In this document: one piece after another, positions 12,301-24,660 of the stretch
Layout: each line of letters begins with the position of its first letter
How positions within the stretch are numbered: position 1 is the first letter of the stretch
NCBI RefSeq assembly: GCF_000143415.4
Contig: NW_003314284.1
Span: 1,408,693-1,472,692, forward strand
Direction of reading: 5' to 3'
DNA length: 64,000 bases
Origin: Selaginella moellendorffii
Lineage: Eukaryota > Plantae > Lycopodiophyta
Program-made: the position numbers and the translations under genes
The notes under the pieces: model-generated
Seen by the model: only the letters and a program-made list of their open reading frames with translations
What the model was told of the DNA's origin: nothing
The model's database searches: none

Positions 12301-13578
12301 CAATCCTTTTTTCGCTTCTATAATTTGGTTTTTGCTCTTTTTCTTGACTCAACTTCATAGTTGGCATCTAGGCAGTGGTGAGAAGCACTCCTAGTAGCAC
12401 CTTATTTAGATCCAAGGTTTAGAAGATTTGGAGCTCACACTCTAAAATTAAGGTTCTTATACGGCAATTCTTGGCAGTTAGGAGGGTGGATTCCCCTACT
12501 TTAGGGCTAGAGTTCCCTTGGCAACTAGAGCTCCCTTGGCAGCTAGGGCTTCTAGGGCTGGCAATGGTGGATTGTTATAGTTTTAGGAGGCTTTTAAGTT
12601 ATTTCGATGATGGATGGATAGTTGCGAAGACTCTAAAAATGGAGCTCTTTGCCAAGATTTATGCAATTTTGTTTATCTTGTGATGGAGACAATAACAATC
12701 AAGGATTGGTGGAGCTAAATGTTACTATAAGGGTGATTTAGAGGTTGGGACTTGAATTTTTTTTTTACTTTTTGGAGTTTTTTTGGAAGATTATATATAG
12801 TGTTTCACTTTGAGGATGATTAAGAAAGGAGGATTTTTGGATCTGGTGGTAAGGATTGCTATCATGATTGAGGCTAGTGGCCAACAAAGGTGATTCGATG
12901 TTATATATATAATAGATCCATATATTTCTTTTTAAATGATAAATCTATAAGAGCACTTGTTTTAGTAGAGGTTTATATAAATTCTTTAATCCCTATGGCA
13001 AGAGTAAGACTCTTTTGAAGATGGGCTAGTGCATTTATTTTATGTAGGAGGTAGGGTAGCACACTTTGACCATAAGTTGGAAGAAATTCACACATTACAA
13101 ATGATCTACAAGCTAGAGTTATATTGTGATTGGACATTGTTTTCACACTAGAGGCATGTTGGTGGTGGAGTGCTCTATAGTGGGTTTTATGTGTTATGAA
13201 GCATAGCAGTTAGCCCTAAGTTTTGTGGTAGAGACACCTAGGAAGGGCAGACTGCTTAAGAGTGGCACTAATTTCACCTTGTGAGAGTGCACTTTTGATA
13301 TTGTTTTAGTCCCTATGGGACATGGGGTAATGTATACATATATTTCAATAAAGCAATTAATAAAGGATACAAGAGAGATTGACATATGGTAAGTATCATG
13401 AAACGAGCATAAAGCAATCAATAAATGAGTCTCTAAAAAGGGACATAAGAGGGACTGACATATGGCAAAGGACCGACATATGGTAGTTGTCTTGACACAA
13501 GCACAAAACAATCAATAAGCGAGTCTCTAGAAAAGGACACAAAATGAACTAATGGCAAGTGTCATAACACAAGGAAAT

Positions 13579-14173
13579 TGTAAGCAACAAAAAAAAAAAA
13601 ACTTGAGAGATGATCCATTGGGGTTCAAATATAGAGGGAAAAGGCCCATAAACAAAAGTGCACCCCTTTTTCCAAACAATTAAGGGTTTTGGGATATTTG
13701 GGGTTAAACGTCATTGGGTTTGAATAATACTAGGTTAGGTGACCTCCTGGGAAGTCCAAACTCAAGAGCTTACATTTGGTATCAAAGGGGTCTCAAGTTC
13801 GACTCTGTTGGATAGCTAGGGGATTACACCATATGTTGATTGACATCTGGCTGGTCCAGTTTTCTTCTGCGGGGCTCGACCCAAGGGGTAAGGTTTCAAG
13901 AGAGCAGGGCTCTTAGGAGAGTTGCGGCTCTCAACTTCCATTCACAAGGGCATGAACTTGTAAGGAAGTGTGGTGGATTGTAAGCAACCAAAAAGAATAA
14001 CTTGAGAAACGATTCATTAGGGTTCAAATATAAAGGGAAAGGGCCTATGAACAAAAGTGCACCTTTTTTTCCAATCGGTTAAGGGTCTTGGGATATTTGG
14101 GGTTAAGCGTCTTTGGGTTTGAATAGTACTGGGCTGGGTGACCTCCTGGAAAGTCCAAACTCAGGAGCTTACA
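13579..14173 (+). mobile_element. Complete 595-bp TRIM (Cassandra-like) with a 5S-rRNA-derived LTR segment
   Basis: LTRs 13579-13774 and 13979-14173 with TGTAAGC...GCTTACA ends. tRNA-Met-type PBS TGGTATCA at 13777. Purine-rich tract before the 3' LTR. Non-coding ~200-bp interior. Flanks GAAAT/GAAGT form a 5-bp TSD with one mismatch. Confidence 0.88.
14102..14156 (+). promoter_or_regulatory. 5S rRNA internal control region-like segment (A-box/IE/C-box) inside the TRIM LTR; copies also at ~13703-13757 and ~14534-14588
   Basis: GTTAAGCGTCTTTGGGTTTGAATAGTACTGGGCTGGGTGACCTCCTGGAAAGTCC aligns without gaps to the plant 5S rRNA segment GTTAAGCGTGCTTGGGCGAGAGTAGTACTAGGATGGGTGACCTCCTGGGAAGTCC as I recall it (about 46/55 matches). 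Confidence 0.85.
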
Positions 14174-14304
14174 GAAGTGTTGGGACTGAGTCCAAAAAGG
14201 AGTTTGTAATGGGAGATCACCTAACCTAAAACTGCTCAAATCCAAACTAATCAAACCCAAGGATACTTAACCCCTTGGGACTGAGTCCAAAAAAGAGTTT
14301 GTTA

Positions 14305-14605
14305 GGCTCGACCCGAGGGGTAGGTTTTCAAGAGAGCAGGGCTCTCGGGAAAGTTGCGGCTCTTAGCTTCCGTTCATGAGGGCATAAACTTGTAGGGAAG
14401 CATGGTGGATTGTAAACAACCAAAGAGAACGACTTGAAAAACAATCTGTTGGGGTTCAAATATAAAGGGAAAGGGCCTATGAACAAGAGTGCACCCCTTT
14501 TTTCAATCGGTTAAGGGTTTTGAGATATTTGGGGTTAAGTGCCCTTGGGTTTGAATAGTACTGGGCTAAGTAACCTCCCGGAAAGTCCAAACTCAGGAGC
14601 TTACA
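14305..14605 (+). mobile_element. Second, 5'-truncated copy of the TRIM (part of the interior plus LTR 14411-14605)
   Basis: The interior GGCTCGACCC...GTGGAT and the 195-bp LTR repeat the first copy. Confidence 0.85.
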
Positions 14606-14619
14606 AAAAAGAGTCCAAA

Positions 14620-15146
14620 AAAGAGTTTGTTATGGGAGATCACCTAGCCTAAAATTATTCAAATCCAAACTATTCAAACCTAAAGGCATTTAACTTCAAA
14701 TATTTTTAAAATCTTTAACTGACTGGGAAAGGGGGTGTAATCTTGTTTCTGAGCATTTTCCCTCTATATTTTAACTTTACAGATCATGTATCAAACAATT
14801 TTTGAGTCACTTTTATGCAAGTTCACACCCTCGTGAACGAAAAGTAAAAGCCACAACTCTCCCAAAAGCTTCACTTTCTTGACACCTTACCCTTTAGGTT
14901 GAGCCTAGCTAGAGCAAACTAGACCTACCAAATGTCAATTAATATGTGGTATGATTCCCTTAACCTTTACCTTTTTCATACCAAATATAAACTCCTAAAT
15001 TTAAACTTCCTTAGCACTATTATTTAAACCCATAAGCATCAAACCATTAATTGATTAGAAAAGGGGCATTTTAGTTTATAAGCTTGTTCCTTCTATATTT
15101 GAACCCATATTAATCATTTTTAAGTTGTTCTTTTTGGTTGCTTACA
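14620..15146 (-). mobile_element. Older, inverted, degenerate copy of the TRIM
   Basis: Reverse-complement LTR ending GGTTGCTTACA at 15146, inverted PBS TCATACCA at 14976-14983, inverted interior ~14810-14960 and inverted 3' LTR ~14625-14800. Confidence 0.75.
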
Positions 15147-17062
15147 CAAATTCAAGATTGGACCCGAGTTCAAGTCCTACAGGTAAATTTTGATACGCAC
15201 AATCACATTTGCAATAGCGTAAAATCTCTTCAGAAGACAAGGGTGGGGAGCTCAAGTGCATTAGGACAAACTTGGGGCCAAGATAGCAACCCCTAGGTCA
15301 TTAGACACAATTGCTAAGCCTATGGAGGGTAATTAGGCTTTAAGTGATATGGGAAGTGCACAACAAGAGGAGGTTCGAGAATAAAGAGCCATTAATATTA
15401 TAAATAATGGTGTAGTGGTGGTGACGAACACTAGGAGCAATTTATCCTTGATATAGGCTGCTAAAAGACAACAATAAGACCCAACACTTTGCAACTTGGC
15501 TCAAACACTAGCTTCTATATCATGGTATGAATAGTGAGACTTTGGAAGTGGAATCTCCTACCAAAGATTGCAGTAGTGGCACGGATGGGAAATATGGTGG
15601 TGACAACACAAACAAAGAAACAACCCCACCACTACAGCCTCTAGTGCTCATGCTGGGGTGATGGAAAGGTAGGTCACCTCACTTGGCTTTAGGTTTCTCA
15701 TTTGTATACACTATAGCCTACAATAGATGTGTTTTCTTCAAACTACTTGGCAAATATTCTAGTGATTGCATATTATTCATCACTAAGCTCTTTAAATTTC
15801 TTCAATATATAGTACTAATATATGAAAACCACAAGCCTAGAGAGGTCACTTAATTGTACAAGCTAGGTGTGTGCACTCAATAGAGTTGCTTTTATAGTAG
15901 TTGAGAGTATATATAATGCATCATTCTTGTTATAAAGCTTGGAATGCCTACCATATTGATTATAGGATGAGATTTGCTTTGGGGAATATATAAAATAAAA
16001 AATGTCACTAAAGGCTCTTTTAGTAAATAATTGCCATTATTTTTTGTAATATCAAAACTTTTTAGAGGCATATCTGTAATTTTAATTCTTTGAGAGGTAT
16101 TTTTTGTCTGAGGGTAATGAATATCCCAAGAATATCTAAGTATATTCAGGGATATTTCTCAATCTCAAACCTATGATTTTTAATTCTTAAACATTCTCAG
16201 ATGAGTGTTTAAATTTTAAGACAAGTAATTTAGGTGCTTACATTCTTGAGGATGATAAGCAAACCTATATGGATACCCAGAATACCTGGATATTATGGTA
16301 TATTCTATCATCTCATTTAGATGAATAAATTAAATTTATAAACTTTTTTAAACAATGTTGATATGGAATTAGATTAATCTTGTTTTTATAAATTATAAAA
16401 TTATTTTTAACACTAAACAAATTTGATAAAAGAAAAACTTTTTCATGGATGAGAGGACTTGGCAGCCCAGGATTGAGCAACAATGCAGTCATGAGCTCCG
16501 TCTCTTTCGGGTGTGGATCAATATTGTCACTTGCTACCAATGGTGGAAATTCATGGCAGTATACACATGAAGAGAACTTTGAGTGAAGTGAACTCATTGG
16601 AGCTTGGATCAATAGCCTTGTACAGCTTTAGCAGGCATTAAGCTCGCAAGAGGCTTATGGTTCCATCATTCACTAGGTTAGTCCTTTTTGTGCTTCGATT
16701 GAGCTAGCTTGCCCTGCCGGCCGATCTTTCCATGGTATGGCGCGAGTCATTTTTGGGTCCATGCTGAGCTAACTGTCTTAGGATCTCTGCCAGGTTTTAC
16801 TTTTTCCTAGTTTTGCTAGCTGATAGTGCTTTGGCTAGATGGCTACGACTTTTTTCTGAGTAATGCAGGAGTGTCCATTACTTTTGTGGTTGTGGACAGT
16901 GTTAAAAAAATCTCACGATTGCTCCGCTAAAATTCTTGACCGTCAGAATCGACACCATAACATTAAAAACCGCCATGGAAAACCTTGTTCTGAAAATAGC
17001 GATAAACAGCCGCTCTTGGGCATACTTAGCCCTGGGCTTGAATCCCTGCTTGCACGTCCACT

Positions 17063-18682
17063 CTAGGGGACGAAGGGCATGTTCTTGACGAGATCCTCGG
17101 CATCCTCGACGTGCCCAGCGCGCGCCAGGAGATCCACCACGCAGCAGTAGTGTTGGCTCTTGGGATCCAGGCTGAAATCGACCACCATCGACGCGAAATA
17201 GCCCAATCCCCTGCACAAATCCCCCAAATGCGCGCATCCCGTGAGCGCGCTCACGAACGATCCCCCGTCCTGAAGATCGAATGCTTTCATCTCGTGGAAT
17301 AGCTCTAGGGCTTGCAGCGCGGCGCCGGCCCGGGCGTAGCCGTCGAGCATCGCGTTCCACGCCACGAGGTTGTGCCCGTCGCCCATGCCCTGAAAGATCC
17401 TGTGAGCATCTTCCATATGGCCATTCTGGGCAAGTACTGAGAGCATCGCAGTCTGCGTCACGGGGTCCTGCTCGGGCATGGAATCAAACACGCGCCTGGC
17501 GGACGCGGGCTGGCCGTTGATGGCGTAGGCAGAGATCATGACCGTCCACGAGACGACGTCGCGGTCGGGCATCACCAAGAAGAAGGCCTCCGCCTCGCCT
17601 AGGTAATTGTTCCGGGCATATGCCAAAAGCATCGAGTTCCACGCGACTAGATCCTTCTCTTGCATGGAATCAAACGCCACCTTGGCCTCCTCAATTGCGC
17701 CGGAGATCGCAAAGCCACGGAGGATGGCGGTGCACGAGACGCGATCCCAGCGTGCCATCGAACTAAAGAGCCGCTTGGCATGATCAAGCTGCCCTCTCTC
17801 GGCATATGCCGCAATAAGTGCATTCCATGATACTATGTCTCTCTCCGGCATAGAATCAAAGATTCCCTGTGCTTGGTCAAGATTCCCAACGTTTGTGCAA
17901 GCCAGGAGCATCGTCGTCCAAGAGATCAAATTTCGCTCGCGCATGGAATCAAAGACGTGACGAGCTTGTTCTACATGCCCTGTATGGGTATATGCGGCAA
18001 GCATCGCGGTCCAAGATACCACGTCTTGCTCTGGCATTTGGTCAAATATAAATTTTGCCTCGTGAGGCTTGAAATTCTCAGAATAGGATACGAGCATCAC
18101 CGTCCAGGACACGAGGTCACGTTCAGGCATCCGATCAAAGATATCCCTAGCCTCGAATAGATAACCAGATTGGGCATATACAATAAGCATGGCACTCCAG
18201 GAGATGATATTATGCTCTGGCATCATATCAAAAGTATTCTTGGCCTCTTTTAACAACTGGTAGTTGGAGTATGCTGTTAACATTGCATTCCATGAGACAA
18301 TGTCACGCTCTTTCATTTGATCGAAAGTTCTCTTTGCCTGCTGCAAATACCCAGATTTGGCATATGCTGCAAGCATTACAGTCCAAGAAAACAAGTCGTG
18401 TTCAGGCATAGAGTCAAATACTTGTATAGCCTGGGTGATGTAGCCATTTGAAGTGTATGCAATGAGCAACAATCCCCAAGTATAGATACTTTTTGAGTGT
18501 ATACTATCAAACACTTTCTTTGAATTTTCCACACTTCCACATTTGCCATACATTTGAATTACTAAGTTGGAAAGATAAGTATCAAATGGAAGCTTTGTTT
18601 CCACTTGGATATGGAGTTCTTTTGCATTTTTCAAATTTTTACAAGACTTAATGAGTTGAATATTTATTTGATTCTTTTCCAT
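17063..18682 (-). CDS. PLS-class pentatricopeptide repeat protein (539 aa), ending at the start of the E domain
   Basis: About 13 short PPR motifs (FD.MPE.D.VSW..ML.AY), then SALTGCAHLG and HYCCVVDLLARAG. Stop immediately after MPFVP. Confidence 0.9.
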   Translation of the reverse strand: MEKNQINIQLIKSCKNLKNAKELHIQVETKLPFDTYLSNLVIQMYGKCGSVENSKKVFDSIHSKSIYTWGLLLIAYTSNGYITQAIQVFDSMPEHDLFSWTVMLAAYAKSGYLQQAKRTFDQMKERDIVSWNAMLTAYSNYQLLKEAKNTFDMMPEHNIISWSAMLIVYAQSGYLFEARDIFDRMPERDLVSWTVMLVSYSENFKPHEAKFIFDQMPEQDVVSWTAMLAAYTHTGHVEQARHVFDSMRERNLISWTTMLLACTNVGNLDQAQGIFDSMPERDIVSWNALIAAYAERGQLDHAKRLFSSMARWDRVSCTAILRGFAISGAIEEAKVAFDSMQEKDLVAWNSMLLAYARNNYLGEAEAFFLVMPDRDVVSWTVMISAYAINGQPASARRVFDSMPEQDPVTQTAMLSVLAQNGHMEDAHRIFQGMGDGHNLVAWNAMLDGYARAGAALQALELFHEMKAFDLQDGGSFVSALTGCAHLGDLCRGLGYFASMVVDFSLDPKSQHYCCVVDLLARAGHVEDAEDLVKNMPFVP

Positions 18683-21171
18683 ACATATCAGTCCAGAACT
18701 CTCTAAGCTAACACAATATAGTGACTTGTATAAACTAGATATAGATATTTAAAACCCTTATATGGAATGGTGTGTAGAATAACATATAGTAGTGAGTAAA
18801 GTTAAATTGAAGGACCATTTATGTTCATGTTGGATTAAGGTCTATAGTGGTTTATTATGGCCTTGGAGAATGCATAAGGGAGGATGATGAAGACTAGAGC
18901 TTAAGACTTTATCTACATTGTAGATATTGTAAACTTGAGAGAACTCTAAAAGTAGTGTCAAACAGGATAAATTACCATGACTCACACTTATACAGACATA
19001 AAGATGGTCCATATTACTAATGTGGAAAATTAGTCTAGTTAATCTTGGTAGGTGCGACAATAATGCATTAGTAGATTTTGGGAAAGGCCCTATCAAGTCA
19101 TACACAACTAATTCAAAGGAACATGAGACTTAAGCTGATTCTAATGACCCAGCATGTAGCATTATTAAGATTCTGAACTTTTGACACTCTTCACAAAGTC
19201 TTGATATATTCAAAAACATCTTAGTGCAACTGAGGGTAATATAATTGATACTGAACTTTCTCCAAAACTTTGTGACATCCTAAGTGGTTGGACATGCGAC
19301 TACCATGGAGAAAGTGTAACTACAAGTTGATATAAAACGTTGGTGCTATCATTAATATAGCAAAAAAAATTATGATTACCACAAGGCTTATTACCATCTA
19401 AAATATTCCACAATCAACATATCCATTGCTTGTCCTTTTGAGCAGTCATGACTTGGTAAAACATTCTCTAGTAATAGAGGGGGTAAACCATCCATATGAA
19501 GGCATAACATGTGCTATCTTTCTATATTTATAGAGAGTATATTCATTGCTATTAACTATAGTGGGAATTGAATTTGGAAACCTTTGCTTATAGGATTTGA
19601 TTTAAGACCTACTATGCACATAGATGGATCTTAAGAACTTTGTGTTTAGAATGTTCAACACAAATCGATCTTTTTCTTATCATTACTTTAATATTTTATT
19701 AAAAGGTTTGTTGTCTTCCCTTCTTTTCATAATGAGCTCTTGGCAATTTAAAAACTCTAATGTTAATGGCTTTCTCAGATCTTCTTCTTTAGCTCCAGCT
19801 AAATTTCAAAACTTTATGAAAGTTATATCAAGTGTTCAAGCAATCTAATATAGCACACCACTCATTGTTCTAGCAAATTATTTATAATAACTTCTTGGTT
19901 TTAAGCCAAAACTTAATATGACAGAAAAATTTTATGGCATAAAGTTTGAGTTCTATATATTCCTTGTAAGTTAGGCTTTAAATTGTTATATAGCCTTACC
20001 AATATTCCACTCCAACTTTTTATATATAACTAATCGATCTATTATTATTGGGATACCCTTTTCTTGGTTCTCCACCTTTTTGAGAAAAGTAGACATGAAT
20101 CACAAGAATATTTTAAAAATATTCTATAACCTGTGGGATTTAAAGCTGGAACACCTTAAAGGTTGGGAGGTTAGCTTAGGTTTGTTCCTTGTTTGTTTCA
20201 TTAGTATCAGATTAGCACATTCTTTTGGGGATTGTAAAGGAATGGGATATAGATCTTGATGAAGAGTATAACATTAGTGATAATGGCTATGACAAGGGGG
20301 AAGAATCTCTTAATAATGTTGATACATGGTAAGGATGCTAAATTATTGAGGTTCAAAACAACATAAAGAAGCTAAGGATTTTGTCAATCTCATTAAAGAT
20401 TTTTTACTTGGCATAGACCCTCAAGGGTTGAATCAATATCATGTCTATGATTACTATTGGTATGTCAAACATGCCAAGGATTATAGTATCATGGAATGGA
20501 AGTTATTACCAAATGTTTATGATAGATAAAGGGTTGATTCTTGGTTGGAATTGTGAGAAAGTTGTTAGTCTCACAACCTTATAAGGATAAGGTGAATATT
20601 GATTTTTTTGTTACGAATCTTATAGGCTATGATTCTTTGTGGTGGAATAACTACATCAAAACTAATTCATAGTAGACTTTCTAAAATGATTTAATGAAGG
20701 TTTTTGTCACTTTATTTTGAAAAAGTTAATGAACCAATTGCTAGAGATGAGGATGGTCCAAAGTTGAGTTGAGCTTAATTCAACATAAGTCAACTCAAGT
20801 CAACACAGTCAACTAGAAGTCTTACATAGGAAATCTAAATTGAACAAATGAAGGTTCTAGCAAACTTTAAAATATTTAAATACGTAAATATCTGAGTTAA
20901 AATTTTCTATAAGATTGAATTGTTTAAAAAAGACAAAGTTCACGAGAACCTATCTTTTATAAAGCTGTGAGTGCCTGGAATATGGAAAGGGAATACAGAA
21001 ATGTGCATATCAATTAGCCCAAAAACCCTAGCTTATATACAGGAGCGAGTGGTCCGGATTGAAACCAATCTGACGGCTACCAAAATCCACTACGCTAATA
21101 TTAGTATACGGCATCGTAGCCGTACACTTGGCCCTCACATCATCCCCTCCTCTCGGAATAATGGAAGGCCG

Positions 21172-24100
21172 TCAGGGTTCTCTTGTAGATGGGCCGGGAT
21201 CTGGAGGAACGTCAGGAGGAGGCATCGGCGGATCTGTAGACAGTATTAACTGCTCCTGATCCCTTTGTATGAAGCGTTTTAACCGCTGCACATGCACAAT
21301 CTCTGGAGGATCGGCCTGCTGAACGTCATGCCGAACCTCATAAACTTGCGGTCCAACTTGCCGCAACACCCGATACGGTCCTTTCCACTGCGCAAGGAGC
21401 CCCTTAGATAAACCACGTACCGTAAGATGGGGAAAACGGACTAACACCAAATCATCCACTTTGTACTCCGCAGGTGGACGATGATGGGAGTTGTAGCGCC
21501 GTTGTTATCCCACTTGTACGCGGCCTAAGTGTTCGGCAGACTCTGCTCGGACAAGTGGAAGAATGCTTGTCAAATACTGATCCCATGACCTAGCATCAGG
21601 AGCTCGTGGCAATCGCGAAGGTAAACCCAGCTCTGTTGGTAAAATTGGATCATGACCATATAGAAGTTTATATGGTGAAGCACCAACAGAACTCTGCACC
21701 CCTGTGACATAGGCATACCGAAGAGACGGCAAATAACCATCCCAATCCGAATGCTGAAAGTTCACATACTTTGCAATCATCCCTTTGAATGTCCGAACGA
21801 GCCGTTCCACTAGACCGTCTGATTGTGGATGATAAGCACTTGTAAAAGTGTGGCGTATCCCCAACCGAGATGTCAAAACATGAAATACCTCAGCCATAAA
21901 TGCAGGACCATTATCCGAAAGAATCCGCTCTGGACAAGAATGCTGGAACACCACTCGATTGAGGAGGAAGTATCCAACAGCAGTTGCAGAGGCGCTAACA
22001 AGAGCACCAACTTCCACCCAACGAGTCAAGTAGTCAGAAGCAATAATAACATACTCATTGCCAGCAGTTGATCGTGGAAAAGGTCCCATAAGATCAAACA
22101 CCACAAACTCAAACGGACGGGAAACTGCAATTGACTCCAACCGTCCTTCCGCAGCACAAGGGGGAGTATTACGAGCTTGGCACCAAACGCAGCTACGCAC
22201 ATACTGGATAATATCACGTCGCATCTCCGGCCAATAGAAAGACCTACGCAGCTTCTCAGTGACACGACGGTGTCCCATATGCCCACCTAGAACAGGAGAA
22301 TCATGGTAGGCATGGAGAAACCGCGGAATAAACACCGAAGGCACCACCAACCGTAAATGATCATCAGGATCCGTCCCCACAAAATAAAGAAGGCCATCTT
22401 CAAGGCGATATTGAGAATGTAAATGCCGGAAAGGCAAGTCATCAGCAAGTGATGCAGGATTCTCAAACCCATCTCGAAGCCTTCGAATCCACGGCTCAAT
22501 CTTTTGAGCCTCGCGAACCTCATCAAGAGAAGGTAGATCTTGCTCTGCGCCCTGTGGACACTGAACGTCAAGGACAGCAACCGCCGACGGCACAGAATCC
22601 TCATCTAGAAAATCCACAGACGCTGGAATAACAGGTTCGTCAGAAACATGAGAAGTGAGTGGAGAAGGAAGAGGAGCTCGAGAAAGGGCATCAACATCAG
22701 CCATAGAACTCCCTGGGCGATGAACAACATCGAAATCATATATCTGAAGCTTCAAAGCCCATCGAGCTGTACGACCAACCAGGTTCTTCCGCTTCAATAA
22801 TGAAGTAACAGCAGCATGGTCACCTTCAAGTAACGTCCGAGAACCATGTAGATATGCATGAAGTTTCTCGAAACCCCAGACTGCTGCTAAACACTCCTTC
22901 TCCGTCGTGGAGTAGTTCATCTCCGCTGGTTGTAATGTACGGCTTATGTATGCAATGGGATGGCGCTGACCAGGCACACTCGAGCTCTCTTGCATCAACA
23001 CACCTCCAAGACCAATGTCAGAAGCATCCACGCGCAAAATAAAAGGTCGAGTGTAGTTAGGATATGCCAAAACCGGAGGAGTCGTCAATAGCTCTTTGAG
23101 ATCCACGAACGCCCGCTCACAATCCGGAGACCAGATGAAAGATGACGTTAATGACTTCAGCAACGCTCGCAATGGTGTAGTGCGATCGGAAAGATGATCC
23201 ACAAAACGACCGAGATACTGCACCTTACCCAAAAAGCATTGCACATCATTCACACATTTCGGAGTAGGGAACTTTAGAACAGCCACAAGTTTGTCAGGAT
23301 CAACTTGCAAACCCTCACGAGAAATACGGTACCCAAGATAAGTTGTGTCCTTGGACCCAAACACGCACTTTGATCGCTTTAGCTTTAAACCAACATCCCG
23401 TAGCCGATCCAACACTTTACAAACATCACGAACGTGCTCCTCCCACGTCCCCTCCGAGTGGATCAAGACATCATCAATGAAGTCAGCAGTCACTTCCGGC
23501 ATATCGCAAAGAACCTCGTCCATCATCCGCTGGAAAGTTGCGGGAGCATTGTTCAAACCAAACGGCATCACCAAGAACTCGTACAAACCAAATGGTGTAC
23601 GAAAAACAGTCTTAGGAATATCTTCTTCGGCCATCGGTACTTGCCAATACCCAGAAGCAAGATCTAGCTTGGTGAACCAACGACTTCGCCCCAGACGATC
23701 TAAGAGATCAGCAGTGTGAGGAAGAGGATACACATCTGGGATCGTCACTTCGTTTAACGGGCGATAGTCGATGCAGAAACGAATACTCCCATCAGGCTTC
23801 GTCACAAGATGAGGTTCACATGCCCAAGGACTCCGCGACTTCCGAATAACACCCTTCTCCAGCATTTCCTTGACGTTGGCTCGTAAAATCTTGATCTCCT
23901 TAGGTGACCGACGACGAACAGGAACCTTGATTGGACGAGCATCCCCGGTTGGAATCGGATGACGTGTGGCAATCTTGGCCCCAGACGATAGGTCAAATTC
24001 AAAGAGATCAGAATACTCTTTCATGAGCCGGTCAACTGCTGCAACACAAAGATCGTCGGAGGGATCGGAAAAGGGAAAAGCAGAACAAGATGGAAACACA

Positions 24101-24660
24101 GAAGGAAAGAGTGGGGGAACAAAAGTAATGGAAGCAGAGGTAGAAGTAGAGGGACGAAGAGGTATGGAAGTGAGAGGAATGGATGAAACATAAGGAAGTA
24201 TGAGACAAGGGGGAGAAGCCTCAAAGTCACACTTGGCATGATTGCCCTGCAACCAATCCATACCAAGAATGAGGTCAAAAGCTTGACTCGGCACCACCCG
24301 CAACGACTGCAACTCAAGCTCGAGATCGCCCACACGCACAACCAGGTCCACCTCATCCCGTGCACATGCATGTGTACGGCCGTTGCCATAAAGAATGAAA
24401 ACTGGTTCCGCCGCACGACGCAAGTGTAGACGACAACGTGTGGTAACAGGTCGAGCAATAGAAGATAAACTCGAACCTGTATCAACCAACACGGAGAGAA
24501 TAATAGGAGACCTCTTGTTATAAAAACGAGCTTGGAAAGTAAACACGGGATGAACCGGTGCCGAGTGAACCCCTTGATGATACTCCCGAAAGAAAGATGG
24601 AGGGGTCACTGATTTATTCGCGCAAGGTCCCTCCATTACTCGCGCGACTCCTCGTTTCCC
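21172..24660 (-). pseudogene. pol: pol (protease, RT, RNase H, integrase with GPY/F), one in-frame TAA at 21505-21507
   Basis: LVDTGS protease; RT with LDLASGYWQ and FIDD; RNase H with DASD and EKECLA; integrase HHCC plus D,D,E. The same frame continues past the stop into WKGPYRV. No chromodomain. Confidence 0.95.
24597..24660 (-). other. Programmed -1 ribosomal frameshift signal (G GGA AAC slippery site plus H-type pseudoknot)
   Basis: The minus strand reads GGGAAAC-GAGGAG-TCGCGCGAG-TA-ATGGAGGG-AC-CTTGCGCGA-ATAAATCAGTGAC-CCCTCCAT. The heptamer is in the gag frame and pol is in the -1 frame. Confidence 0.85.

Noticed and set aside
13703-14588. 5S rRNA genes
   Set aside because: Only a ~55-nt internal segment matches. 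The 5' and 3' parts of 5S are absent, and each copy lies inside a TG..CA LTR.
17060-17070. CTAG at the PPR stop as a Helitron 3' end
   Set aside because: No upstream hairpin, and it is not followed by T.
19300-19950. Possible hAT transposase relic on the minus strand (ILDCLNT*YN)
   Set aside because: A single weak motif in very degenerate sequence with no supporting termini.
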